From positions 54,190,001-54,254,000 of the forward strand of contig NW_024704742.1 of NCBI RefSeq assembly GCF_018977255.1: DNA of 64,000 nucleotides. The letters run 5' to 3'. Below are positions 25,151 through 37,569 of this stretch, in pieces (position 1 is the first letter of the stretch; each line of letters begins with the position of its first letter). The notes under the pieces were generated by a model. The model was not told where the DNA came from. It saw only the letters and a list, made by a program, of their open reading frames with translations, and ran no database searches. Source of the DNA: Callorhinchus milii. Lineage: Eukaryota. The translations under genes were made by a program, and so were the position numbers.

Positions 25151-25470
25151 GGAGTCCTGAAGCGCAGTGGTTAGAGCACTCGCTTTGCAAGCGAGAGACC
25201 TGAGTTCAATTCCAGGCAGAGGGCGAAACCTTGAGCAAGTTTCCTTACTCCACACAGAGCCTAATAATAATCCCTCCAAAACAAAAAACAATAATAAATT
25301 GGTCATTTTCAATCTACAACTGTTTGTGGGACATTGCTGTGCGCAATTGGCTGCCGCGTTCACCCACAAATATACAGTCAATTCACTTTACAGTATATTC
25401 TGTGAAGCGCTTTGGGACGTCCTCCCGACGTGAAAAGCGCTATATCAAATGCAAGGATTATTATTATTAT
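25151..25470 (+). mobile_element. Full-length, probably young tRNA-Ala/Deu SINE, short form with L2-identical tail loop
   Basis: Intact anticodon arm ctcgc-tttgcaa-gcgag, many CpGs retained, (TTA)n tail. Confidence 0.9.
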
Positions 25471-27257
25471 AGTGAGAAGAATTCCTATTCCCAGTGACTG
25501 CTCTGCTTCTCCTAGTATTTTACCCCTCCCCGCCCAAAGAGCGTACCAACATTTGTCCACAAATACAGTCACTATACTTTTCAGTAAAATCCTGCAACGT
25601 GTTTTACAAACCTATTAACCCTGATGGATGATTTGCATCATTAAAATCTGGTTGAATTCGGAATGACCCAAATATTATACATGTAATATATATATTGCAA
25701 TTACACCACATTCACAGCAATGAAGGGGAATTGTTAGATCTTTGGAAATAAATGTTCAGGACCGTTTACTAGAAGTATATATACAGTCTTTTTATTGTGA
25801 TGATTAAACTTTCTTTGGCAAGATTCCATCAGTTATGTATCACTGATTGAAATCACTGACAGAATAGCATTTGTAGATGAAAGGTCATATGCAATACTTG
25901 GATCTCTGGACAATTTTGACCTTCAGGGTTTATCGAGATCATTTATTTCGGAAGCGCATATCCATCTTCTGCACGCTAACCTTTCAAAGTGAACAATTTG
26001 TTATTTCCATTCAATTTTTTTAAAAAAGTGCTAAAGTTGATATTTTATATAATTTGAGTCATTGGGGTGAAAAATGTGTTGCATGATGTAAATTGTTAAA
26101 ATGTACATGAAATAAAATGTAAATGTCTCAAGGACAGCCAATTGTTTTGTATCCTTATCATTCTGTGTTTAATAATGGGTTTGGGGCTAACCTCCTGCTC
26201 CCCCACTTATGCCAAAGAAATCCCTTCAGGTCAGTCAGAATTCAAATGGCTGGCAAGTTAGTGAGAGGCTAAAAGTTGTACAGAAGTCAAGAGGGAGGGG
26301 GTGGTCCCATACTTGTGATAAAGACAGATTAGGAGGTTGGTAAGGACACAAACAACCACGTTATTGCCTTGTGATAATGATCATATCACATGCTGCATTC
26401 TAACTCCCTTCTGTTTTATTTAGAAATAAAAGAAAGCTAGTCAGCAGATAGCATTGTGTGTAGTGCAGTGTTGTCTGGTATCTACTGGGAGAAATTCCAG
26501 CTGGGTCTAGATTTTCTCTATGTAGTACTTCATAGCGCTCAGAATTTGGCAAATTCTTGAATATTATACAGCCTTAAGTGTTACCACTCTATTAATTAAG
26601 CCTTTCGTCTCGGTTCACTTTCCTCCATCACTACTTCACCCCCAATCCAACCAAACTTTTTTCCCAATTTTTGTTGTTTTCAACAGTGGCTATCTGGCAA
26701 TCAAAGTCAATCCTTGACTGTTTTTTATATTTCCCCACATGAGGAATCTGAGGCCTTCCCTATGTGTAAGATGCAGTTTGTGCTGAATAGAGTTATTACC
26801 ACCTGCACATCAGGGTAGCTAGCTCTTCAGAATATTTAATGTAAAACACGGAAACAGCCCATTCAGCCCAACTAGTGTAGTTTTTATACTCCACACGAGC
26901 ATCCGCCCCTCTTGATCCTCTCTCCCATCCACCTCTACTCTTTTCTTCCTTTCATGAACTCTTCTTGGGGAAGAGTTAATGCTGAGCTGAATTAGATATA
27001 GCTTGCCACATATAGTGAGCGGGTTATATCTATTTTGACTCACCATCCTGCAGATTCCTTTTAATGATGTGCATGCTGACAACACATCAGTTTATGACAA
27101 TAACTGGAAGCACCATGTGTTCTGTTTCAGGGCCTGTGAGACATTAGCTTTCATGTTATGTTACTGTTTGCTTTTAGGAGTAAGATGGAACTCATTATTA
27201 TTAATCGTTATATAGCATGCACATAATTATTATTAATATTGATAATAATTATCCTTG

Positions 27258-27590
27258 CCTTGGGACGTGCTCCCGACGTGAAAGGCGCTCTATAAATGTA
27301 ATTTTGTTGTTGTTGTTGCATTTGATATATGCACTTTCATGTCAGGAGGATATCTCAAAGCTCTTCACAGGACATACTGTATCGTGTAGTGACTATTATT
27401 TAGGAATATGTAGTAGCCAATTTGCACACAACAATGGCGCACAAAGAGCCATGAAGTGAGTAACCAATTTTATTTGGTCTGATATTGGCCAAAACACTGG
27501 GAAAATCTCCCTTTTCTTGTCAAATAGAGCCTTGGAATTTTTTAATCTATCGAAACAGGCAAAAAGGATCTTGGTTTAACGCCTCATCCA
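27258..27590. mobile_element. Isolated L2 tail (+, 27258-27318) abutting an old SacSINE1-like SINE (-)
   Basis: ccttgggacgtgctcccgacgtgaaaggcgc...(ttg)n followed by the reverse SINE tail and Deu core. Confidence 0.65.
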
Positions 27591-29589
27591 AAGGCAAAAT
27601 GAATTTGCAGGTATCCGATATTTCCTCTGACAGCACATATAACATTTATTAATTCATAATAGGTGTGGACACTAAGGTATACTTTGAACGCATATTGGAA
27701 GATACAGTGCAAGTTAGGCATGTGATGTTTAAAATCCATCACTTATTTGCTATTGTAATTGCATATGCTTGCCCTGTGATTTCCATCCAGATCTCATGTT
27801 TTATTCATGTACCGAGAGACCTCTTGTCGTGACACAGTTACATTGTCACCATGAATCATGTTGCCTCAGGACATGTAAACATTGCTAATCTTGGGACATG
27901 GGCAGGGACATTCCATAGTTTGCTTCGTATGTTTTGAATTTGGCTCATTGGGAACATCCTCCCGACTTCAAAGACGCTATACAAATGTAATTTTGTATTG
28001 TATTATATTGTATTTGCAATATTCACAAACGGGATTTATCGGTTCAGATTTATGACTTCCAGCTTCCAAAATTCATGGTGAGATGTTTTGCTCGCTGATC
28101 TTTTTCTGGATATTGATAATTTGGGATCCATGGGTCACAGATTCTGAGAGCAGAAAGTTACAATTAAAACAACAAATCCATTTACTTATATCACAGGTAA
28201 ATTCCATTGTCATGAGTTCATGCCGGACCTTATCACTGAATTCCAATCCCATACTAAAATCCCATTCAGGCAGCCACAAGGCTGTAGAATAAATTCTGAA
28301 GTTGGGGGAGTAAATACTGGGATTTTCACAAACCGAATAATAAGTGGGTATTTAGAATGATTCCCCTTTAGCTACTGAGCTTCATTTTTTGGCAAAATTT
28401 GTCTTTCACACCAAAATCACTTAATATTACAGTAATAATGTTTTTTCTCAGATGGCAGGAAATAGGGAATGCACACTTATTTATAATGCACTGCAAACCA
28501 TTTTATGTTTTACAAAAGCTAAATAACCATAGATTTTTTTAATAAAGAAAAGCATTATTTCAATTTCACTTCTGTTTCTTCGCTACTCTCTAATTTCTCA
28601 TCCATTAGAATGATGAGGCATTAAACCAAGGTCTATCCACCTGTTCAGGTGGACATTAAAAATCCCACAGGACAATTTGAGAAGAGAAGGGAGTTTCTCC
28701 TGGTGTCCTGCCCAACAATACCGCAAATAATATAAAAAAGAGGAGCAATAGATTCATCTGTAAAGTATATGTAGCAGAAATTGGATGTAGTATTTGCAAA
28801 AAAAAGTAGAAAGTCAGACTAAGAAGTAGAATTCAAACTATTTTTCAGGTCTTACAGCCATGCAGTGAAGACTTCTTCAGCATTGTTAGTGAATAATTTC
28901 AATATTTCTCTTCTAGCTTCTATTCGCTTCTATTTGTTCAGAAAATGGAATGCTCCTTACAACACCACTGAATGTCAAGAGGTTGTTCACTTTTATGAGT
29001 GCAAGTCAGGATATTCTAGTTATCTGTTAACATATGAATGGGAGTAAAATATTAAAATCCCCCTGCAGTGTGATACATTTTGCATATCAGTTCACCAGTT
29101 GATATTCCCTTTATTTTTTTGCTAACCATGATTCATTTTGAAGGTACAGTATGCTGTTTTCAGAGGCAGCGAGTGATAGGCAGGCATTTGTATCATTGGG
29201 GAGTTTGACAGACACCAGAACCTCAGCATTCAGCGGTTCTGAGAACTCACAGAAGCAGAGCTTGACAGTCCTGAAGTCACAAACGTACCTCTGTTTAGGT
29301 CTCCAGATTCAATGTCGTACTGGAAGCCAATTGCTTAATTCTGATGCTGTTGTAAAGCACTTTGGCAAAGATCATGCAATGAGGCTAATGTTGCCTTCAC
29401 ATTGCAGAGTGTCAGGTTGCTGACATGTTGAAGGCCAGATTCCTTCCTCCAGCAGCTGTTTTCCTTTTTACCAAGAACCCATCTGACACCAAGGACCTGT
29501 ATCTCACACGCACGATCACCACATCAGCCATAGAGCAAAACTATCCTGTCTCACAAGGTTTACAACATCGTCGTTCCCTATAGCATTTA

Positions 29590-30030
29590 ATTTTCATGAA
29601 TAAAGTAGGAGAATGTGGAATTGCGGGAGAGGTTGCAAAATGGTTTAAAGAATGGTTAGGAAAATGAAGGCAAAGGATAGGAGTTAAGAGTATCTTCTCA
29701 GGCTGGAGAGAAGCAGCAAGTGGTATTCTGCAGGATACCCTTGTTAGGACCATTACTGTTCACAAAATACATAAATCATTTGGATTAGGTATCAGAGGTA
29801 TGATGTCAAAATTTAGAGATGACACTAAACTAGGGGACATGGTAACTAGTGAAAGGGATTGCAGAAGAATGCAGAAAGGCACAACAGCAATTTGCATTTA
29901 TGTAGCGCCCTTCACGCGGGGTAGCATCCCAGAGTGCTAAACAGACTAGCAGAATGCCTAGATAGATAGAAAATGAAGTTTAATGTAGGAAAATGTAAAA
30001 TAATTCACTTCTACAGTCAAAATAAAGAAG
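29590..30030 (+). mobile_element. CR1 RT-domain fragment with a short L2-type tail inserted at about 29880-29940
   Basis: Degenerate SGVPQG...PLLFTKYIN...SKFRDDTKLG motifs. Confidence 0.8.
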
Positions 30031-30047
30031 CCATCTATAGTCTAGAT

Positions 30048-30115
30048 CAGGGTGGTCCAACTGGTAGGCCGCATCTGGCTCGGGGACGATTTCATCTGGT
30101 CCACTAGCTCCCTCC
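30048..30115 (+). mobile_element. One end of a hAT (Charlie-like) non-autonomous transposon
   Basis: gTCTAGAt immediately precedes CAGGGTGGTCCAAC...ggccgcatctggc. NTCTAGAN is the typical Charlie target. The other end was not found. Confidence 0.5.
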
Positions 30116-33100
30116 CTGGCGAACCATCCTTTCTTTGTAGCGGCAGAAACCGGTGGTTGGTGAGGAGACCCAATGCCTTCCCTACTGCTCGGGAGGGACA
30201 CTCAGACAGCAAGAATTGTTCTGGAGAACCACCACAAAGAAGACTTGATGCAGGTGATTTGAGGAGACAATGCAATTCGCACCAACACAGTATAAAGACA
30301 GCTAGTGGGAATCCCGGTGGGCTTCCTTCATCACCCTCCTAATTGGTGTACCTAAAGCTCAAGAGCTGTCTTTTGAAAGTAGCAAATTTTTGATACACTG
30401 TGCTTAATATAATTGTTATTTTCGGATGAGTGAAGTATTGATCAAGCATCTGGTTCTTTGATAATTTTGTTTTAAAAAAATTTATATTCTGTGTATTGCC
30501 ACATTCATCCCATTTTGGGTTTGGTCAGCACTGGTTCAAAGCAATGTTTGGAAATTGGGCTTCCTGTCCAACTTTTCTATATTGTCAGGAGGCAAAATCG
30601 CCTTGCTTCCTGCGTCATGAACACAGCCCAAATAACCTGCCATACTGTAGACCCTCACAAGTATTGCTGCTTAGATTTAAATCCTATGGTATTGTAAACT
30701 TCCATCGATATCACAATGCATTTACTTAGCACAGTAAGTTTGATGCTTACTAGTAAAATAAAAGTTGAAAACACAATTGTTTTTTTTTAAAAAAAGCCAA
30801 GCCATAGGTTAGATATTTTTACCAGCAACAAAATAGCTGGCAGTTATTTAGAAGACAATAATTCAATCTCAGAGATCTGCTGATATTCACAAACTGCTGA
30901 AGCTTCACTCCTGGATTATAATATGACTGAAGCTGTTCAATTGAATTTTTGTTCTGGCAGTTATATAGTGTTTCCTTACTGCATAACATTTAAATTAGGA
31001 ACATGATTTAATTTTAAAAACGTATGAGTAGTCGTTGCTCAGGAATATAATTGGGAATGTGGAATCTTGAAAAGTAGTATAGAATATTTCTGTATTGCGT
31101 TTTAAATTGAAGGTTAGTGGTGTGCAGTGATGAGAGAGTGAAGACAGTAGGCTTAATGTGTAATTTTCAATTAGTCTCTCCATAAAAAAACATATGTTGT
31201 TCTTATTTCGATGTTCTGGCCGTGGATAGGGAGATGGGAGGGTTTAAAGAAGATGGCAGGAGAATTGACTTGGAAAATGTATTTTTGGTTCCAACAGATT
31301 ACTATATTTGGGATGTCCTCCCGACGTAAAAGGCGCATTACAAGTGGAATTTTGCTGCTATTGTATATAGCTACCACTTAGGATATATCTCTTTATGGGC
31401 ACATCACCAACAGAGAAGCAGATGAAGAAGTTCCCAGGGTTTAATGCTTTAAAGAAATTTTGCAAGAAAGTGCAAACACTTTTGACACTTTGGTTATGCA
31501 CTAATTCTCACTGTTAATCATCGTATCAAGACAATACTGAAGTAATATTGTAAAACAAAGCCTTTGTCAAATTACAAGAATTCCAAAAAATCATGACAGA
31601 GCAAAAAGGGCAAACCAATTACTAGCATATGTTACTTTAGTTGGAATTAGTCTCTGTAGTCTGCTATCAAATCAGAATGATATTTGAAATGTCAGCCTTA
31701 TTCTTATAAAGTCAAAGATACTGTGTGAATAACCCTTGTACTTCTATGGGCAGAATTTTTCATCTTTGTTCAAAAATAGACATGGGCAAACACTTTTTCA
31801 TCTCTATACTATTCCTTTACATTGATTAATTACGTTAATAAGCGCTTATTGCGTAAAGGTTTTTAAACTAGTCAAACTCAGTTTTAGTAAATTTGAAATG
31901 CGATCAGTCATGGAGAATCTCTATATTGGACTAGTTAGACCAAATGTCCTGTTTCCATGCCTTGTAATTCTATATATAATTTTGGTAAGAGACAACACTT
32001 TTCCGATTTCTCCCACTTTCATTGATTAAAAATAGAGTAAAAAGGTCTCATTGATGCAACTATATCTCATTTTGTAAAAAAAAACCTAGATCCATTAGAA
32101 AAAAATTCTATCCCTGAAGTTTATGAGAGAAACCCCCAAAGAACTCCTGAAATAAAACCCCTCCATTAAAATCCCACATTTCAACATGGAAAAAAAATGA
32201 AAGATTAGTTCAAAATTAGAAAAAGACAAGTCCTGTACCTGATCGCATTAAATCTTTCCTTTTGAGACAGAATTATCCTGAGTATCATTTATTTACGATT
32301 ACGATTATTGATTTACTCCCCCGCCGCCCCTGAACGATAAAGATCTTATAGTGCTTGCTAGTTCGAGAGCATTTTTTTTCACGCATTGATTTGATCATTC
32401 ACAAATTCTGATGTGTTTGCTTGATAATAAAGGATGGATGTGGCAGATGGTAGCACAGCATGCCGGAGCAATGGGGTTGTATGTGTACCTCTGTAGTGTT
32501 CTCTCTTTAAGCTCCAAGGCTGTGGGGGAGGTACTAAGTGAAGTTTGTACAGCTACAAGGGAGAAGAAGGGGAGAAAAATCAGGGAAGTCATCCCTTGGC
32601 TGCAGTTGCACAGGTGATAGCTGAATTGGAATAGCAATAACAAAAACTGTGAAGCAGATGATAGTGGAAAATATGCAGGCCAGGAAATGGTGGTGTGGGG
32701 AGGGGGAAGCATTTGAATAGATATTAAAAATATTTTCTATAAAAGCCTTTCACATACTTTGCTGTAGCCTAAAATTTGTGTGTTTGTAATATCAACAGTT
32801 CTTTGAAGACTTGACGACGCATTCACTTAGAAACTTCAAAAACATTGTTATTAACAAGACACCTTGAGATTCATTCATAAACGTTTTATGAAAACCATAA
32901 GATTCTTTGTGTTTTAATATCAAGGCAAGATAGATGAAAGTCTATAGTGCTTCATTAAATCTCTTCATTACTTCTCACATCAGAAGGTACATTTTCTGTT
33001 ATTTCTGCTCATGCTAGAAAAAACACTATTTATGGACAAAAGTAACTGGTTAAGAAGCCACCTCCATAAATCCCCAAAGGACTTTATTTCAATTGACCAA

Positions 33101-33279
33101 GATACCCCGAACGCATTGAAGTTGCATCATCAGACTGCTTATGTTATCAAAGGATTTCCATAGTCCTCCAGAATCACATTTGAGTAAAGACCTCTAAGAT
33201 CTCAGTGAAGAACTGGGAAATACACATTTAGATGTTCTATTTTTTGGTCAGAGAGGTGTCTGAGAAATAAGGAATCCCG

Positions 33280-33940
33280 TCACCAAATTTCCAAGTATCG
33301 AAACCAGACCGAGAGTTCCACATGTTCATGGACATTTCTCATTTATCTGGAATGGAGTGCACACTCTATCCCTTGAGGAACGGAACCTGCTTACGTAATT
33401 CCAGAAAATATTAGGCATTAATTGGCAGGAGCCAAGACTTGGGACCCCAGAGTGTGCATTAAATTTCTACAGGAACTTAATCAGTCAAAACCACAACATT
33501 TCCATCATCTGGCAAGCTTCCCACTGCTGACTCTACTTATTAAGGGCTTTGGCATGCAAGCTTAATGGGAGCCAAGTGGGAAGAATATATGTACCATGTG
33601 ACACCTTTACCTCTGCAATACATTTATCAGATTAAAATCCAAGATTTGGTCATGTAACTCCCAATAGCTTCCAGCTTTTTCATGAAGGCTTCATGTAGCA
33701 CATGGTTGAAATCCTTAGGGAAATGAAAGCCACATAGGTAGGTTTCCTCTGAACCTTGCATCTCACAATTTCATATAAATCTATGTACAATCTTCTGCAC
33801 GCAGTCATCATGAGAACGGAACCCATCTGTTCCTTCTTGATCACACCTCCAGTGCATCTGATAAGCATGCTGTGTCTACCTAAAGTAGCACCTTAAGAGC
33901 CACTGAAATATTCATTATCAAGCAATCAGCTTTAGGATCC
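33280..33940 (-). pseudogene. Fossil RTE-like LINE reverse transcriptase fragment
   Basis: Minus-strand GVIKKEQMG...LYEIVRCKVQRKPTYVAFISL resembles EEQxGFR...KPLYVAFIDL. FRYLEI (FKYLG-like) follows near 33290. Confidence 0.55.
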
Positions 33941-34204
33941 TATTTGAGAGACACTTCAGCCAAGCATCAAGGGGTCTCAAAAGTACTTTGTTACTGACCT
34001 TTCCGCAGTAGGAACAAGCCACAGGGGGATAAGAAATGCATTTCAAAGAGTAAAGCTATTTTGTCATGAGACATCCTTCATGCGAACCTCCAATATCTTT
34101 CATGGCGTAATTCACTACTGTGATCCAGCTACTTGTGAATCCTATCCATGAGTGAGTTACAATTCAGTTATTTAAGGTAGATAATGAGCAAAGGATTAAA
34201 TGTA

Positions 34205-35052
34205 GAATTGCCCTTGTTAAACTGAGGGGACCGTCTGCCTATTCAAGTAGATGTTAAAGATCTTGTGGCACTTCTCAACAAGAGCAGAGAGTTAATCCGC
34301 TGTCCTGGCCAACAACCACCCATATAAAATTGGTCATTCATTTCATGGCTGTGCATTGCTTTGTGCAAATTGGCTGTTGCCTACAAGATACAGTCGCTAC
34401 ATTTTACAGTAAATTTTATGAAGCACTTAGAGTTTCCTCAAAGATGAAAGGCTATCAAATTAAAGGATTACTGTCTATCTGTTTATTTAATTTCATTCTT
34501 AATCAGATGTTTACCCTATGCTTTTCTTTAAATTCACTTTTTTTTTGCTAAGAGTCCTCTTCTACATGCGCACTTCTCTGTCAGCAAATATTTTCTTCTA
34601 GTGCTCTGGAGACAGGTCATATTGTACACAAATTTCAGTTTATTTCTGCTAGTAGCAATCTCAACTCTGGTTTTGAGCGCCAGATGAGGTCTTAAACTTA
34701 TATGTTAGGCTATCATATGCACTATTCAGTGTCCTATTGAAGGAATGTTACATTGATAGAGTTGTTCTTTGGATGAGATGTTAAACAAAGATCTGCCTGC
34801 TGGTTCTGGTAGTTAGAGTGGATGGCAAAAATCCCATCGCACAATTTCAGAGATAAGCAGTGAGCTCCACAAGTGTCCTTGCCAATATTCCTCTTAAAAA
34901 ATAGATTAATTGTTCATTCATTGCTTGCTGTTTGTGGGGGCACTGCTGGTGCAAAATAGCTGATATATTTAAAGAAGAATCACCATTGTTTGAGAAGTGC
35001 TTTGAGATGTTTTGACATGATCAGGCGCTATATCAGATGCCAGGATTATTAG
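34205..35052 (+). mobile_element. Two old SacSINE1-like Deu SINE remnants (about 34205-34470 and 34690-35052)
   Basis: ggatgagatgttaaac, aaatcccatcgcac, tgtccttgccaatatt, Deu core and tail. Confidence 0.6.
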
Positions 35053-35144
35053 AATTTATTCCTTTATGCCCTCTAGTACTGCATGCACAATCTAATCTCA
35101 ACAGTTTGATGTCTTTATTTAAAATGTTTGATGTCTATCCTTAG

Positions 35145-35570
35145 AGGATCCAGTTCAAGATCCTGGTCTTCACATACAAAGCCCTCCATGGCCTCGCCCC
35201 ACCCTACCTCTGCGACCTCCTAACCCCCTACCAACCCACCCGTTCCCTCCGCTGAACCAGCTCTGGTCTGCTCCACGTCCCCCGACCCACCCGCCCCACC
35301 ATTGGCGGGAGAGCCCTCAGCCACTCTGCCCTCAACCTCTGGAATTCCATCCCCCAGTCACTCCGCCTCGCCCCCTCCTTAGCCTCCTTCAAGTCCCGCC
35401 TCAAGACCCTCCTCTTCGACCATGCCATTAGCCACCCCCCTTCCCCTCGCCTCCCTTACCCCCCCCCCAACCCCAGTTCGGGTCTGAAATACTGTACTCT
35501 GTCCAGCACCTTGGGACGTCCTCCCGACGTGAAAGGCGCTATACAAATGTAATCTTGTTGTTGTTGTTGT
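35145..35570 (+). mobile_element. Well-preserved L2 LINE 3' end
   Basis: RIQFKILVFTYKALHGLAPPYLCDLL...SFKSRLKTLLFD, then tail ccttgggacgtcctcccgacgtgaaaggcgctatacaaatgtaatc(ttg)n. Confidence 0.92.
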
Positions 35571-35989
35571 GGTCTTCTAAATAATCCATTGGCACTCATA
35601 TTTTAGTGAGCACACATACCTTTCTCAGTAAGCGCATGAAGTCCTTTATGTGCAGTATTGTAGTACTCAGAACAAGAATAATTTAAACCCTTGGACCAAA
35701 TATTTAAAAGTTAAATGAATCAAAAAAAGATAAGAACTGGGAGTCATTCAAATGGTAGTTGAGAATAACCAAAATGATTATTAGAAAGATAGTAGAGAAA
35801 CAGATTATCAGTAGTAGCTGGAATAATCCAGCTATTATTTGCTTACTACGTATGACTTAAACAGAATTAAAGACAAGGTACATTTTAAATCAATATTATG
35901 GAGCTATGAAATGCCAAATGTATTAAATGAGGTCTACACCTCTCCTTATGAGTGAAGTCTAAACCAATCTGCATCCATTAAATGATAAA

Positions 35990-36256
35990 TAAATAATCCT
36001 TGTCTCAAAGCAATTCACGTGACTTACTGTAAAGTGTAATTACTGTGCACTTGTAGGTGAATGTGGCAGCCAATTTGCACAAGGCAATAGCCAACAAACA
36101 ACCATGAAGTGAATGATAAATCCTAAGGACACCGGGAGAAACTCCCTTCATTTTTCGTATAGTGCCATGGGATCTTTAATGTCTCATCTAAAGAATGGTA
36201 CTTCTCACAATCCAGTCCTCCACTGCAGCTGAAGTGTCAACCTAGACTATGAACTC
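35990..36256 (-). mobile_element. Old SacSINE1-like Deu SINE
   Basis: Reverse Deu core and ggacaccgggagaaactcc...gtgccatgggatcttt. Confidence 0.65.
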
Positions 36257-36294
36257 AAAGTATTTTTCATTTAAAATATATATACATACATATT

Positions 36295-36700
36295 AATTGA
36301 GAGGGGATTTGATGGTGGTATACTAAATTGAGGGGTTTTGACAGGGTTAATAAGGAGAAGCTATTTCCACTGGTAGGAGAGTTTGTGACTAGAGGACATA
36401 GACATATGTCCAAGAAGAGTGAAAGGAGATCTTAGGATATTTTCTGTTCACACAGACAGTTGTTGGGGTTGGAACCATTGTGACTTTCAAGAGGAAAGTA
36501 GGCAGGTATAATAACAACATTTGTAAAGCACCTTTCGTGTTGGGAGGACGACCTAAAGTGTTGGACAGTAAAGATTTTGGACAGATTAAGGTTTGAAGGG
36601 TTATAGGAAAAGGACAGGGCAGTGGGATTGAGACTGTCGGAGCCAGTGCAGACTTGGTGGATCAAATGGCATTCTTTGTTGTAAAATATTATGATTCTTT
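36295..36700 (+). mobile_element. CR1 3' end with an L2 tail inserted at about 36510-36565
   Basis: Matches 6160-6820 (ggagaagctatttccactggtagg...actagaggacatag). Confidence 0.75.
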
Positions 36701-37569
36701 GATATTTTTGGCTTTTATCGAGTGAAAAATTAAATCCATACTTTCCCTAGCCCCAATTTATGATTTTTTGGAAGGCAGGAGGTTTGGTGGGGAGTAGGAA
36801 GGAGATATGATCAAAGCTTTTTTTGAAAGAAGTAATCAACATGATATCAGATGTTTTTTGCTGAGCATCAGATCCACATGTTCATTATTCTACAGGGAAA
36901 AAAATCTCTCTAATCTCTCGTCTTGCTTGAGGCTTGCTGATTTAAACCTATGTGCACTGGTGCTGAGCTTACTGTCCAAATCAAATAGGCAGGAGGCTGC
37001 TTATATCTACATGATGTATGCCTCTCATCATTTTAAAGACCTGAGGTCATCTCAGGCAGCAACAGGGGACATTTCAGTAATCAGTCAGTTTACCATGGCT
37101 CTCTGTACCAGCAAAGTAGCAAAGTCTACTGAAGCTAGACACTGGAACATGTCTGTTACACACATGTTATTGACACCAGCACCAACAGCAGTTTCTTAAT
37201 GCATCTGGGATTCCAAAAGTTCAGGGCATCATTGATTGCATCCACATAACTGTTTATGGTATTCTTACACAAAAAGAGATTCTTCTCTTTAAGTGTGTCA
37301 TTGGTAGGAGGAAGATGATGCTAGGTATCTGAAATATATTCCTAACTTATTTATTGTGAAATAATTTATTTGTCATGGTTCATCACGGACCGCACAGTCT
37401 TCCAACCACAGCAGTGGTGGCTTACAGTTAGGCTCATGTCATAACAAGGGTTCAACTTGAGGATCAGAGATGTAGGTGTTTGGATAAATATGGATAACGT
37501 TCGACATGTCTCACTGAAAGCCAAGTACAGTTGGAATTGGATGCTGCACATTGTAGTCAGAGACAGCCC

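Noticed and set aside
25151..25225. tRNA-Ala-like sequences here and at 2820, 9542, 22571 and 60461
   Set aside because: The acceptor stem does not close and each runs into a SINE body. They are SINE heads, not tRNA genes.
26149..26156. GTATCCTT, a U12 donor-like 8-mer
   Set aside because: It lies downstream of a U2 donor with no credible exon before it; likely chance.
35510..35570. Recurring 40-60 nt palindromic unit that could suggest a CRISPR-like array
   Set aside because: Copies are dispersed, irregularly spaced and on both strands in a vertebrate intron. They are LINE and SINE 3' tails.
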